IMG/VR virus record: IMGVR_UViG_3300034257_000004
Coordinates: 1 to 62,945 of that record
Strand: one strand, 5' to 3'
DNA length: 62,945 nt
Source: a virus
Taxonomy: Duplodnaviria; Caudoviricetes
The number at the start of each line of letters is the position of its first letter. Within the stretch, counting starts at the first letter, position 1. The notes under the pieces are model-generated. The model did not search any database. It saw nothing but the letters and a program-made list of their open reading frames with translations, and was not told the DNA's origin. Shown here in pieces: positions 1-9,240 of the stretch. Position numbers and translations under genes: made by a program.

Positions 1-127
1 GGAAGAAGCGGAACCTGTGAAGGCCTGGTTTTGAAGAAGCGGATCCTGTCAGGAGGGCTTTCTCTGGCATGGGTGCGCAGTCAATCCTGCTTCGCGCGTA
101 GTGCATGGCGCGTTACGCACGCGTGAG
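1..127. repeat. 127-bp direct repeat identical to 62819..62945 (circular contig overlap)
   Basis: The first and last 127 nt match exactly; 127 is a common assembler k-mer. Confidence 0.95.
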
Positions 128-345
128 ACGACTCAGAAAGGAGAGAAGACCGAGAGGCGCGGAGCGCGCCCGAGACGAGGCTTAGTGTATATATGTACTG
201 ACTTAGGTGTTCAGAAAGATCTTAAGTCGCTCTCAGGTATATCATATACGCTGAAGTCAGGACTGCTCAGGTCACAGGGGAACTCGGATCACATGGGCAG
301 GTTTAAGGACCATAGCGGGTACAAACTACAGGAAGGACTAATAGC

Positions 346-579
346 ATGCCAGAGGAGAAGACCGAGAGACAGAAGCACTTAGAGTGGTGCAAGGAGAGAG
401 CACTGCAGTATGTAGAGGCGGGAGAGCTGACACAGGCATACTCGTCTATGGCCTCGGATATGCGTAAGCACAAAGAGACCGAGAACCACATGGGATTGGA
501 GCTGGGACTAGGACTGCTTATGGGTGGACACCTAGACACAGCTGCTCAGATGAAGAAGTTCATAGAAGACTTCAACTAA
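346..579 (+). CDS. hypothetical early protein
   Basis: ORF with GGAAGGA RBS; phage-like HLEWCKERALQY segment. Confidence 0.8.
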   Translation: MPEEKTERQKHLEWCKERALQYVEAGELTQAYSSMASDMRKHKETENHMGLELGLGLLMGGHLDTAAQMKKFIEDFN

Positions 580-608
580 CCGTAGCAGGTACAAACCAGA
601 AGGTAAAC

Positions 609-1004
609 ATGGACAGACGACATGAGACCGGTGAACAGGTAGACCCTGACGACTATGTAGATGAGGGCTCGAGTCCAGCGGGTTGGCGACCACCCTCAGA
701 GATGGTAGACCCCTTGACAGAGAATCCACATGGAGTCGAAGAGATGGAAAGAGTGATGAGCGAACAGGCCACAGCTCAGGTAGATAGGAAACCTACAAGA
801 GTGATAGACCTGCTAGACATGCACGTAGAGTGTTCAGAGGAGGACGGACCAGAGCTTCAGACCTTCAGAGAAGACGTAGCTATGCTGATACGTACCTGTA
901 GGATGAAGATGGTAACGAACACCATGTCAAACGGGTACAAGAAGATTCTGTCTGAAACTACCAAGCGGATACAAGCGCAAATGGAGCGTACCGAGAAGGA
1001 GTAG
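609..1004 (+). CDS. hypothetical protein
   Basis: ORF in the co-oriented early array, AAGG RBS. Confidence 0.7.
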   Translation: MDRRHETGEQVDPDDYVDEGSSPAGWRPPSEMVDPLTENPHGVEEMERVMSEQATAQVDRKPTRVIDLLDMHVECSEEDGPELQTFREDVAMLIRTCRMKMVTNTMSNGYKKILSETTKRIQAQMERTEKE

Positions 1005-1005
1005 C

Positions 1006-1134
1006 ATGAGTAGACTGAGACTGTTCTTACATTGTCTGTTCCACCTGCATAGGTCGTATACGGTAAGTGACAACGACTCAGGCAAGATAGTGGAGCGAGG
1101 GTGTTTCACATATAAGTGTAGATCTAAGCTGTAA
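1006..1134 (+). CDS. small hypothetical protein (42 aa)
   Basis: Hand-translated MSRLRLFLHCLFHLH...; AAGGAG RBS; fills a gap. Confidence 0.45.
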   Translation: MSRLRLFLHCLFHLHRSYTVSDNDSGKIVERGCFTYKCRSKL

Positions 1135-1199
1135 GACTAAGCTGCTTAGGTTAGAATGTAGGCTGACCACGTAGGTACAAACGGTTAGGGGGGTTTCCC

Positions 1200-1343
1200 A
1201 TGAGTACTAGGACCTGTGTAGAGCGGAAGTTTAAGAAGCACCGCGGCGGAGCGGTACAGTTGGCGCAGAGCAAAGACCCCTCGAAGGGCGAGTTCTTCAA
1301 GCACTACCTCAGAAGAGAGCTAACGGGTGCAAGATACAACTGA
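1200..1343 (+). CDS. small basic hypothetical protein (47 aa)
   Basis: Hand-translated MSTRTCVERKFKKH...; preceded by GGTACAAAC motif and a G-rich RBS. Confidence 0.45.
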   Translation: MSTRTCVERKFKKHRGGAVQLAQSKDPSKGEFFKHYLRRELTGARYN

Positions 1344-1469
1344 AGGGGTATGAGGGACAGTTCCTGCCACAGTTCTTGGTAGAGCTAGCAGCACTGCTCA
1401 GAGGAGTACCGTTTCAACCAAGGTTCGACTTTCAACATTGACCGAGGGTACAAGCTAGGAGGTTCATCT

Positions 1470-1748
1470 ATGAGTGAGAAGAGGTACATAGGTCTGCATA
1501 GAGTATTCGAGCTGGGCACGTTACTACGAGACTACGTAGTAACGGTAGAGGCGAATGCTATACGGTATGCCTTGTTCTTATCTGGTGGTAAGGTCTCGAA
1601 GGCTGCACAGCTGCTAGGTATGTCGCATCAGACTCTGTCAAACATACTCAAGGATCGTCAGAAGAGTCTGCAGGAGCTTCGACTTCCTGTTAAGAAGCGT
1701 CTGAAGAGTGTGGTACGGCGACCACGGGAGGTTCGTCGTGGCAAGTGA
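1470..1748 (+). CDS. Fis-type HTH DNA-binding protein
   Basis: EANAIRYALFLSGGKVSKAAQLLGMSHQTL matches the Fis/HTH_8 pattern; AGGAGG RBS. Confidence 0.8.
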   Translation: MSEKRYIGLHRVFELGTLLRDYVVTVEANAIRYALFLSGGKVSKAAQLLGMSHQTLSNILKDRQKSLQELRLPVKKRLKSVVRRPREVRRGK

Positions 1749-1929
1749 TACCATAAGCTGCGACCGGTGTGGCAAGCCGGTAAAGGACGACGAGATATGG
1801 ATAGGACCCGACGAGCAGACCGTATGCGAGGACTGCTACTACATCCTACGAGACGGTGACGAGGACGCGGACAACCTGAGGGCCAACGGGCCACACCAGG
1901 CTGTGTTTCACAGGAAGGAGTACGAATGA
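1708..1929 (+). CDS. small Zn-finger protein (start uncertain)
   Basis: CDRC...CEDC pairs. Confidence 0.55.
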   Translation: MWYGDHGRFVVASDTISCDRCGKPVKDDEIWIGPDEQTVCEDCYYILRDGDEDADNLRANGPHQAVFHRKEYE

Positions 1930-2726
1930 CGATCGAATTACAAGACGTCAAGGACGGTGATGTACTAGCCAGAGACGATCAAGAGTATCCGGAAGGCGCG
2001 GTACAGGTAACCGAGGTAGACGGAGAGCTGGTAGGGTACACATTGGGTGGAGGGTTCACGCTGAACCTGAAAGGGCTACTCAAAGATTGGCCATTCCATG
2101 TAGCGACAGAAGAGGAGAAGGTCCTCAAGTACTCGCTGCATACGTACGAGATAGAAGGGATACCTCATAAGTTCAAGGGTTTCGGTGCCGGTATGCACTG
2201 GAATGGCTGGGAGATGCCTATGTTCGACTGGGCTGAGGCCGCGAGATTATGCGGGATCATGCAGTTCGACTGGTGGTACTACCACGAGAAAGACGACGGA
2301 TTCTACACTTTGTCTGAACAAGCGGACGAGATAGACTTCTGGCCGGCAGAGAACATCATGCTCAAGGATGAAGGTTTTGAGGTCAGAGTGTACGGCATAG
2401 GTACGGGTTGTTGGTGTTGGGATCAATGTCCTGAGTGTAATTGTGGAGCGACCAGACACATGAGAGAGCCGGGAACACACGACAGGCGTTGTCCGCTATT
2501 CGATGAGGACCAGGACGAAGTGTTAGACGAACCTCTCGAAGGCCGAATACTGAGGGCAGTCAAGGTAGGTGAGAACGCGTTCTGGAGCGTGATGGCGGAG
2601 AGTTTCCCCGAGGCTAAGACGGGGGATCTGGACCCGCTCGAGTGTGTGAAACTGGAGGAGCGGTTAGTAGAGGTCGCTACCATGTGGGTACGAGCTAACA
2701 CTGACCTACTTGAGGAGAACACATGA
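1926..2726 (+). CDS. hypothetical protein
   Basis: Long ORF, AAGGAG RBS, WNGWEMPMF and YGIGTGCWCW motifs. Confidence 0.8.
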   Translation: MTIELQDVKDGDVLARDDQEYPEGAVQVTEVDGELVGYTLGGGFTLNLKGLLKDWPFHVATEEEKVLKYSLHTYEIEGIPHKFKGFGAGMHWNGWEMPMFDWAEAARLCGIMQFDWWYYHEKDDGFYTLSEQADEIDFWPAENIMLKDEGFEVRVYGIGTGCWCWDQCPECNCGATRHMREPGTHDRRCPLFDEDQDEVLDEPLEGRILRAVKVGENAFWSVMAESFPEAKTGDLDPLECVKLEERLVEVATMWVRANTDLLEENT

Positions 2727-2971
2727 AGGTTCTTTGGGAAAAGACGTTCAAGCAGTCCGGCGTGATAGAGATACCAGACGGGCTGGACGACAAGGCGCAA
2801 CAGGACGCTGCGATCGAGGCAGCGGACAAGGCCATGCCCACACTCGACGAGAATCCGGAGACGGATATACACTGGGTATGGTCTGACTACTTCGCTGAGG
2901 TCACGGACAACGAGGGACCAGAAGACCGCGAGGTAGATGGGGTCAAGTACCAAGAATGGTTCGATATTTAA
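2723..2971 (+). CDS. acidic hypothetical protein
   Basis: ATGA overlap, GAGGAG RBS. Confidence 0.7.
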   Translation: MKVLWEKTFKQSGVIEIPDGLDDKAQQDAAIEAADKAMPTLDENPETDIHWVWSDYFAEVTDNEGPEDREVDGVKYQEWFDI

Positions 2972-2980
2972 GGAGGGACG

Positions 2981-3190
2981 ATGAGTGAAGAAAAGGCTAT
3001 GGACCCACAACGAGTTGTATGTGTGGTCATGCACAACGGCAAAGAGGTCGGACGTGTCAGAGCCGCTGCCCCACATGCGGAGCGGTATATCACAGGACTG
3101 GTAGAACATTACCATAGCCTGCAAGTAGAGTATGTCGAGGTCAGCTCGGACGTAATAAGCACTATGATGCTGGTGGAGCCTAGACTATGA
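2981..3190 (+). CDS. hypothetical protein
   Basis: AAGGAGG RBS. Confidence 0.7.
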   Translation: MSEEKAMDPQRVVCVVMHNGKEVGRVRAAAPHAERYITGLVEHYHSLQVEYVEVSSDVISTMMLVEPRL

Positions 3191-3555
3191 AAATCAAACG
3201 TAAGAGTAAAGCTGAGAAACGGGCAGACCAGCTGATAGAAGCCCACGAGTCCGTAGTAACACATTACGGCGGTCGGTTTTATAACCAAGGTTGGGGCTCG
3301 GGTGGCACGGAGGAAGGAGGAGAGTTCATAAGCTCCAAAACTAGTGTAGGACGTCTGCATTCAGAGATAGACGCAGATGGAGAAGTGACACATCGCTGGC
3401 TACCCGGGGGAGGTATAGGTTTTTCGGCTGACCTGGAGGAGTCGGTAGATGTAGACCTGGCACTTCCGAATCCGAATGTGAATCCAGCGGCGGACCGAGT
3501 AGAGTCAGGTAAAACTACGGTAGGGCAAGAGATAAGGAGGATTCTCAAGAGATGA
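3187..3555 (+). CDS. hypothetical protein
   Basis: ATGA overlap in operon. Confidence 0.65.
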   Translation: MKIKRKSKAEKRADQLIEAHESVVTHYGGRFYNQGWGSGGTEEGGEFISSKTSVGRLHSEIDADGEVTHRWLPGGGIGFSADLEESVDVDLALPNPNVNPAADRVESGKTTVGQEIRRILKR

Positions 3556-3758
3556 GGTACCAAGTGCTGATAGAGTTCGATTCGGACACAGTGACAGATG
3601 CTCAGGCGGTAAGGTACGGACAGACGTTACTGAACGACCTGAGGATAGACCCACATGGTCCAGAGTACAACCCATTCGATAGTGAGTTGGACATAAGGAC
3701 AGACCATCAGTGGGTACGAGTAGTCCGAGACAACATGATAGTAGAAGTCCTGATATGA
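3552..3758 (+). CDS. hypothetical protein
   Basis: ATGA overlap, AGGAGG RBS. Confidence 0.65.
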   Translation: MRYQVLIEFDSDTVTDAQAVRYGQTLLNDLRIDPHGPEYNPFDSELDIRTDHQWVRVVRDNMIVEVLI

Positions 3759-3964
3759 GTGATACACTTAGGGAGCAGCTCGAGGCAGCGAGCGCTAGAC
3801 AAGAACTGAGGCTGCCCAATAGACATGAACGACGGAAGGCAAGGGCCATAGAGAAGGAGCGATATGGGAACCGTCCACAATTTGGTAGACAGCAGACAAA
3901 GCTCGCAGACGAAGAGGTTCAGGTGGAGCGAGGCGGAAAACGGGTTCTACCTAAACGATACTGA
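3755..3964 (+). CDS. hypothetical basic protein
   Basis: ATGA overlap; NRHERRK motif; overlaps the next ORF. Confidence 0.45.
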   Translation: MSDTLREQLEAASARQELRLPNRHERRKARAIEKERYGNRPQFGRQQTKLADEEVQVERGGKRVLPKRY

Positions 3965-4577
3965 CACGGGGCTGACCAGGTACATAGGCACCGGGGTAGA
4001 CATGTTCTGTGCGAGTCCCGAGGAGGGTGTAGAGAACAGAGACTGCCTGAAACCAGGTACCCAGCAGTTCTACGACGCTCTGAACTCATACTTCGAGAAC
4101 GAGCAGAGCACCATAGCCGAGACGTACTTCGGATGGATCATAGGTAAGGTAGAACCTGATACTAAAGTGGCGACTCAGCATACTGTGGGCGCGACTCACA
4201 CCTACCTTAAGCGGAGAGCTGCGTTGCACGCGGAGGCGGTCAAGGCCGACCTCGTAGCTATGATGTCGATGCCCATGAGTCTGATAAAGTTCCTCGGGTG
4301 TGACATAAGCCACAAGCTACAGGAGGCTGTCAAGCTGGGTAACATCCAGTCCTTCGGCGACCTGGGAGACGTGATGGACCACAATATGCTCGGGGACGGA
4401 GACAACGTGCTGGGAGAGCTGACTACTTTACTCAACCCGAACAACGAGGACGACGACCTGAAGAGACAGGCGGTACTGGACGTATTCAATGATGCGTTCG
4501 AGATAGTAGACCTGTGGATCAAGGCCGACGGACTCAAGGAGGTATTATGTCGAGACTTTACGACATTAAGAACTTAG
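3864..4577 (+). CDS. hypothetical protein; N-terminal half paralogous to 8941..9240
   Basis: AAGGAG RBS; shared RFRW...PGT..FYDALN.YF..EQ.TI...YF. Confidence 0.8.
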   Translation: MGTVHNLVDSRQSSQTKRFRWSEAENGFYLNDTDTGLTRYIGTGVDMFCASPEEGVENRDCLKPGTQQFYDALNSYFENEQSTIAETYFGWIIGKVEPDTKVATQHTVGATHTYLKRRAALHAEAVKADLVAMMSMPMSLIKFLGCDISHKLQEAVKLGNIQSFGDLGDVMDHNMLGDGDNVLGELTTLLNPNNEDDDLKRQAVLDVFNDAFEIVDLWIKADGLKEVLCRDFTTLRT

Positions 4578-5224
4578 ACGCTAACACAGGTCCCTTTAAC
4601 TGGGTCACGTACAACACCATTACTGGAAACGAGGTAAGCAAGCAGACGTCGCAGGATATTGCACAACAGATAGCGGACGAGCTGAACTGTAACGCAGAGA
4701 TGCTCAAGCCGTACGAGGACAAGCTGGCATCTAGGAAACTCTATGTGGTATCCGGGTGCACCAGGGGTGAGTTCGACTCTCTAGTCGACGAGCCGAAGAT
4801 GTACGTAGAGGACGGGATGGCACCGGTCGCGTCCCCACAGCTTATGGGTGTCTACTCTACCAGCGAACTGGCGTTAACTGCTGGGACGAAAGAGATTGAC
4901 AGACAGATGAGGGAGGAGGACTATGAGTCCGACCCGGAAACCGGGGAACCGTACCTGCCTGGTACCTGCCCCGTAGATACCTGGAGATGGGTAGACGGAA
5001 AGGGTAAGCCGTACGACCCGAGCTGTCCGTTGGTACAGAGCACGAGAGGTCTTGAGGGTTTCCTAAAGAAGGGACAACCGGGATACGACGAACCGTGGGG
5101 CAGGCCGAGGTACATTGTGTACCTAGAGGAGCCCGAGCAGAAAGGTATAAGAACTAACCCGTACGAAGATGGCAGAGCTGAAGCGTGCGTGGTTGTACAG
5201 GAGGTGACGTTAGATGAACTATAG
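4547..5224 (+). CDS. hypothetical protein sharing a domain with 7671..8672
   Basis: AAGGAGG RBS at the ATG chosen; P.L.GV.ST...A..AG..E motif. Confidence 0.8.
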   Translation: MSRLYDIKNLDANTGPFNWVTYNTITGNEVSKQTSQDIAQQIADELNCNAEMLKPYEDKLASRKLYVVSGCTRGEFDSLVDEPKMYVEDGMAPVASPQLMGVYSTSELALTAGTKEIDRQMREEDYESDPETGEPYLPGTCPVDTWRWVDGKGKPYDPSCPLVQSTRGLEGFLKKGQPGYDEPWGRPRYIVYLEEPEQKGIRTNPYEDGRAEACVVVQEVTLDEL

Positions 5225-5756
5225 ACTGATACAGGACTTGGTGATACACGACAGACCGGAGCGACTGACACAGGTGTGGGTCTCGCCGACCTTCGTTAGG
5301 GGTGTAGACACGGAGACTAAGCACGCCCAAGCGCACAGACTGTGCGCGGACATACTGGAGACGAACGTAGAGGTCTTCAAACAAAGAGGTACCAAACTGT
5401 TCGCCGGGTCAATCTACGTAACGGCCGACGGAGCCGAGAGCTACAGGGTAGTACTTGAGGCCATAGACAACTACGACATGGACAAAGGGCTGATACTAGC
5501 CCACTTCGTACAGAACAACCTGTACAACAAACTGTCTAGAGCTGTCACGGAGCTACCGCTGTCTACGTTCGAGGACGAACAGACTGCGCTAGAGTACGTA
5601 CGACCGTTGAACCGTATGGTAGCAGGACCGTACGGAGGAACGTCAGCGCACGAGAGCCTCTGGGTAGTATGCCCAGGTCCCGACGAGAACAGATGGTCTG
5701 TAATAAGGATCGAGGATGCAATCGAAGCTGGCTTCCTGTACAAGTGGGTAGCCTAA
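5214..5756 (+). CDS. hypothetical protein
   Basis: AGGAGG RBS, operon overlap. Confidence 0.75.
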   Translation: MNYRLIQDLVIHDRPERLTQVWVSPTFVRGVDTETKHAQAHRLCADILETNVEVFKQRGTKLFAGSIYVTADGAESYRVVLEAIDNYDMDKGLILAHFVQNNLYNKLSRAVTELPLSTFEDEQTALEYVRPLNRMVAGPYGGTSAHESLWVVCPGPDENRWSVIRIEDAIEAGFLYKWVA

Positions 5757-5771
5757 GGAGTACAGAACACT

Positions 5772-5981
5772 ATGGACAACACATGGAACCCTGAACTCAG
5801 GGTGCAGATACCATGCAGGATATGTGGACAACAAACGCCACACCTGTTCACTAAGCTCTGCGACCGATGCTGGGAGCTTGAGACCAGGATCCAGGCAGAT
5901 CCACTGATAGCCGGCAAGATCATGCTGTCCGGTTGTAGAAACCACGGCCATACCCGTCGTGTCAGTGCGTACCTGGGATAG
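5772..5981 (+). CDS. small Zn-finger-like protein
   Basis: CRIC...CDRCWELE; AAGGAG RBS. Confidence 0.65.
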   Translation: MDNTWNPELRVQIPCRICGQQTPHLFTKLCDRCWELETRIQADPLIAGKIMLSGCRNHGHTRRVSAYLG

Positions 5982-6191
5982 TAGTAGAGAACATCGTCTA
6001 TGCACCTTGTACCAAGGACAGTCACGACGGACCAAAGGTACAACACGTCTGCTGTGACGAGGGTCACCAATACGCAGACCCTAACGGCGACGTGAAGAAC
6101 GAGGACGGCTTCGTCTGGGTGGACACGCCCAGGTGTGGCACGTGCTGTGAGAAGCATAGGCGTTAGAACGAACGAGATACCAAATGGTATG

Positions 6192-6220
6192 TTTACAGTT
6201 CGTTCGTTCTGTGCTATAAT
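6192..6220 (+). promoter_or_regulatory. sigma70-like promoter
   Basis: TTTACA-N17-TATAAT with extended TGn. Confidence 0.8.
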
Positions 6221-6306
6221 GTAGAACGTGGGAAGTCACTAACCATGGACTACCAACAAGGACCCATGCTGGGTACAAAACCAACTCGGAAGGAGTTTAA
6301 CGAATC

Positions 6307-6738
6307 ATGGCTAAGAAGAATGAAACAGCAGCAGCGACCAAAAGTAAGGCGACCAAGGCAGAAGCGAAGACCCCCAAGGTTACCATCGGATCGACAGCGA
6401 TCGGCTTCCTGAAGGCCGGCAAGACAGCACAGGAGACCTTGGAGCTGACCCAGAAGGCTTTCCCGGATGCAAGCACGACGATCGCCTGCATCTACTGGTA
6501 CGCGAGCAAGAACGGCATCAAGCTGCAACGGCCCGCGAAGGAGAAGAAGGTGGTCAAGGTGCTGAGCGCCAAAGAAGCCCAGCAGAAACGCGTAGCCGAC
6601 AGACAGGCACGAGCAGCGAGTCGTCCCGGAGCATCGCAGCCCTCGGTGGTAGCAGACGTGGTCGAGGAGACCAAGGTCGCGACCAAACAACCGGCCAAGA
6701 CAACCGCTCGACGACCGACAGCCACATCGGCTCGCTAG
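6307..6738 (+). CDS. Lys/Ala-rich protein carrying the recurrent HTH-like domain
   Basis: IGSTAIGFLKAGKTAQETLELTQKAFPDASTTIACIYWYASKNGIKL; own promoter and RBS. Confidence 0.85.
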   Translation: MAKKNETAAATKSKATKAEAKTPKVTIGSTAIGFLKAGKTAQETLELTQKAFPDASTTIACIYWYASKNGIKLQRPAKEKKVVKVLSAKEAQQKRVADRQARAASRPGASQPSVVADVVEETKVATKQPAKTTARRPTATSAR

Positions 6739-6749
6739 TCCACGCAACC

Positions 6750-6793
6750 ATGAGATCAGGGGTCGACGGCACGGGTCGTCGGCCTCGACTCAT
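6750..6793 (+). other. long hairpin downstream of the 6307 gene (terminator or processing stem)
   Basis: ATGAG..GGGGTCGACGGC-acgg-GTCGTCGGCCTC..CTCAT; no U-tract. Confidence 0.45.
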
Positions 6794-6808
6794 TGAGGAG
6801 GTACGAGG

Positions 6809-7456
6809 ATGGGTATACTAGGGTTCATAACCCACGACCTGAACTGTATGATAAACACCGTGGTCTGCGGAGACCACGCTTACTGCGGATGTCCGTGTCA
6901 CCCGAGTCTGCCGGCGATACCGCCGTCCAGGACCAGAAGGCAGGTAGACGACCTGGAGAACCCGGTCAAGACCTGTCCCAAGTGTGGATACACGGCACGA
7001 GAGATGGATGGCTTCAGCCTGTTGGCCGCGGGGTTCAACGGCATAAAGGAGGGAGACCCGGACGACGTAGATCAGCTGGAGTGCGGCAAGTGTGGACAAA
7101 GGTTCGAGCCGCTTAAGCATACGGAGGACTGTATAAGACGATGGAAGTGGTACTGGACGGCGACAAATGCCGACCCGTGCGAGACATGTAGAGGGAAGGG
7201 TGGCAAAGTGATACACCACGACCCGTCTGAAGCTGGTGTCAGCCTAGGACCTGGAACTATGAAGGAATGGGAAGACTGTCCGACATGTTACCCGTTTCGT
7301 ATCTGTCCCAGATGTAAGGGCTGTATGCCGGGGACTACCTGCTACAAGTGCGGCTACGACCACGAAAGACCTGGTCACGAAATGTTAGAGCCGGAGGACG
7401 TAGAGTGTCTGGCCTGCGAGCACTTGGTACCGAGAGAGGACGAGGTGACAGCGTGA
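6809..7456 (+). CDS. Cys-rich multi Zn-finger protein
   Basis: Many CxxC pairs, including DnaJ-like CETCRGKG; GAGGAGG RBS. Confidence 0.75.
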   Translation: MGILGFITHDLNCMINTVVCGDHAYCGCPCHPSLPAIPPSRTRRQVDDLENPVKTCPKCGYTAREMDGFSLLAAGFNGIKEGDPDDVDQLECGKCGQRFEPLKHTEDCIRRWKWYWTATNADPCETCRGKGGKVIHHDPSEAGVSLGPGTMKEWEDCPTCYPFRICPRCKGCMPGTTCYKCGYDHERPGHEMLEPEDVECLACEHLVPREDEVTA

Positions 7457-7674
7457 GAGTACCTAATGCTAGAGACCTCAACAGACTGGAGCAGATCAAG
7501 GACGAGATACTCGAGTTGAACAACGAAGCGCTGACCCTGGTAGAAGGTACCAGCGAAGAGGGTAGGGCCCGAGCCTACTGGGTAGCACACATAAGACAGG
7601 CGGTCTATGCTGGGTGGGGACAAGACACCCTGAAGCACGCCACTGACAGACTAAGGAAGGAGGCACAAGGATGA
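7453..7674 (+). CDS. hypothetical protein
   Basis: GTGA overlap, GAGG RBS. Confidence 0.65.
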   Translation: MRVPNARDLNRLEQIKDEILELNNEALTLVEGTSEEGRARAYWVAHIRQAVYAGWGQDTLKHATDRLRKEAQG

Positions 7675-8672
7675 AGCTGACGTTCTTCAACAAGACGGCC
7701 AGGGACATATCAAAGATGCAGGGAGACCCGGATAACCAATACCACATGGACGTGATACTAGCCGCGGTAGGACTGACAGCAATAGGAGAGGGCGACGACG
7801 CCCGTTACAAGTCGCATACCTATAAGAGCGGGACGACGGTGTGGGCTGACATAACGCACGGGGTAGTAGGCAGGGAGGGCGCACTACAGATGGCGAAGAA
7901 CGCAGAGCAGATACTGGCGGACTTCAAGGAATGGTCCGGGGGTTACTTACCTGGAGAAGCGGAAGACGACATAGACAAGTACGTAGAGTTTGGGCGTAGT
8001 ACATCGTTCGATGCGGTCTACACTGAGAAGGTACTACGTGCTAGCGCAGAGAGCACGCAGGAGGCCTCTTCTGCGCTAAGGACTGAGGTTATACCAACTA
8101 CACAGTACGTATATGTAGTAGGATGTGCGACCTTTAACCTGACGGAGTCCAACGCTGTAGACGGTGAGTCGACTTCCGAGTTCGCTACACCCAAGCTGAT
8201 AGGGGTCTTCAGCACAGAACAGGTAGCGGTGAGGGCTGGCAAGGAAGAGCTGGAGTGGCAGGTAGGTGAGGACCACGACCAAGAACTAGACTGGCCCAGA
8301 CACCTCACCTGGCACGACACGGGCTGGGACAGAGAGGGTCATAGGGAGGTCAGACGAATACACCTGCTGAGACACAAGTCCGAGTTTGAGAACGGCCTAC
8401 AGTTCCAGATGTGGGAAAGGTACGACGACGACCACGGGCTGGAAGGCGCGGTAGTGCTGTACCGGATGCCCATACAGAACGAATCGCCGGCACGCACCAG
8501 ACGGATAGGAGTACAGCCGTCTGTCCAGGCAATACTGTGGGAGACACAGACGGTAGAAGGCATCGAACCCAGGACTCTGGAACTCTACGTAGTAGCCGAA
8601 GGTGAAGACCTATCGGAGGTAGAGGCACAGGTACGAGAGTGGAACAAAGACAGGGGCTACCCTGTAGAATAG
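7671..8672 (+). CDS. hypothetical protein
   Basis: 333-aa ORF, AAGGAGG RBS. Confidence 0.8.
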   Translation: MKLTFFNKTARDISKMQGDPDNQYHMDVILAAVGLTAIGEGDDARYKSHTYKSGTTVWADITHGVVGREGALQMAKNAEQILADFKEWSGGYLPGEAEDDIDKYVEFGRSTSFDAVYTEKVLRASAESTQEASSALRTEVIPTTQYVYVVGCATFNLTESNAVDGESTSEFATPKLIGVFSTEQVAVRAGKEELEWQVGEDHDQELDWPRHLTWHDTGWDREGHREVRRIHLLRHKSEFENGLQFQMWERYDDDHGLEGAVVLYRMPIQNESPARTRRIGVQPSVQAILWETQTVEGIEPRTLELYVVAEGEDLSEVEAQVREWNKDRGYPVE

Positions 8673-8680
8673 GAGGAGCT

Positions 8681-8920
8681 ATGCCGATAACTACGGGCGG
8701 CACAGAAAAGCTGAACGAGAAAACCTATGAAGTGTGGCTGTGGGATAAGACTGGGCAAGGAAAGACCAAAAGAGATTGCCTGAGTCTAGTCAAGGTCAGC
8801 ACCAAGCCGTGGAGGACAGCGCTACTACCAAAGCTGCCGTACAACTGTCCACGAGCTAAGAGCTTACGGAGAGCGGCCAGGGACATCGTGGAGAACATCC
8901 TGCTCCACGGTAAGGCCTGA
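8681..8920 (+). CDS. hypothetical protein
   Basis: AGGAG RBS. Confidence 0.6.
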   Translation: MPITTGGTEKLNEKTYEVWLWDKTGQGKTKRDCLSLVKVSTKPWRTALLPKLPYNCPRAKSLRRAARDIVENILLHGKA

Positions 8921-8940
8921 CTACAGGATAGAGGTTGCCT

Positions 8941-9240
8941 ATGACAACATACGATGGCGGACAGCACGAGCAGACTGGCCGCTTTAGGTGGCGAGAGGTC
9001 CAGGAGGAAGGTCTGTTGGTCTACTACGTGGACGACTCCGATACAGAGGAGACCGTACGCATGGAGGACGCTGCGGACCTGTTCTGTGGAGCGGACGGGG
9101 AGGACGACGCACTGACCCCGGGAACACCTATGTTCTATGACGCGTTGAATCAGTATTTTCAGCATGAGCAGGAGACTATAGAGAAGGTCTACTTCCAAGG
9201 TCTAGCAAAGGAGGTGATACATCATGGAACAGTCATGTAA
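8941..9240 (+). CDS. acidic protein paralogous to the N-half of 3864..4577
   Basis: Shared motif; GAGG RBS. Confidence 0.75.
   Translation: MTTYDGGQHEQTGRFRWREVQEEGLLVYYVDDSDTEETVRMEDAADLFCGADGEDDALTPGTPMFYDALNQYFQHEQETIEKVYFQGLAKEVIHHGTVM

Noticed and set aside
1-53. Near-tandem GAAGAAGCGGA(A/T)CCTGT as a CRISPR or iteron array
   Set aside because: Only two copies and no spacer series
1-127. Biological direct terminal repeat
   Set aside because: The length equals a standard assembler k-mer and it overlaps the end of an ORF; it indicates a circular assembly only
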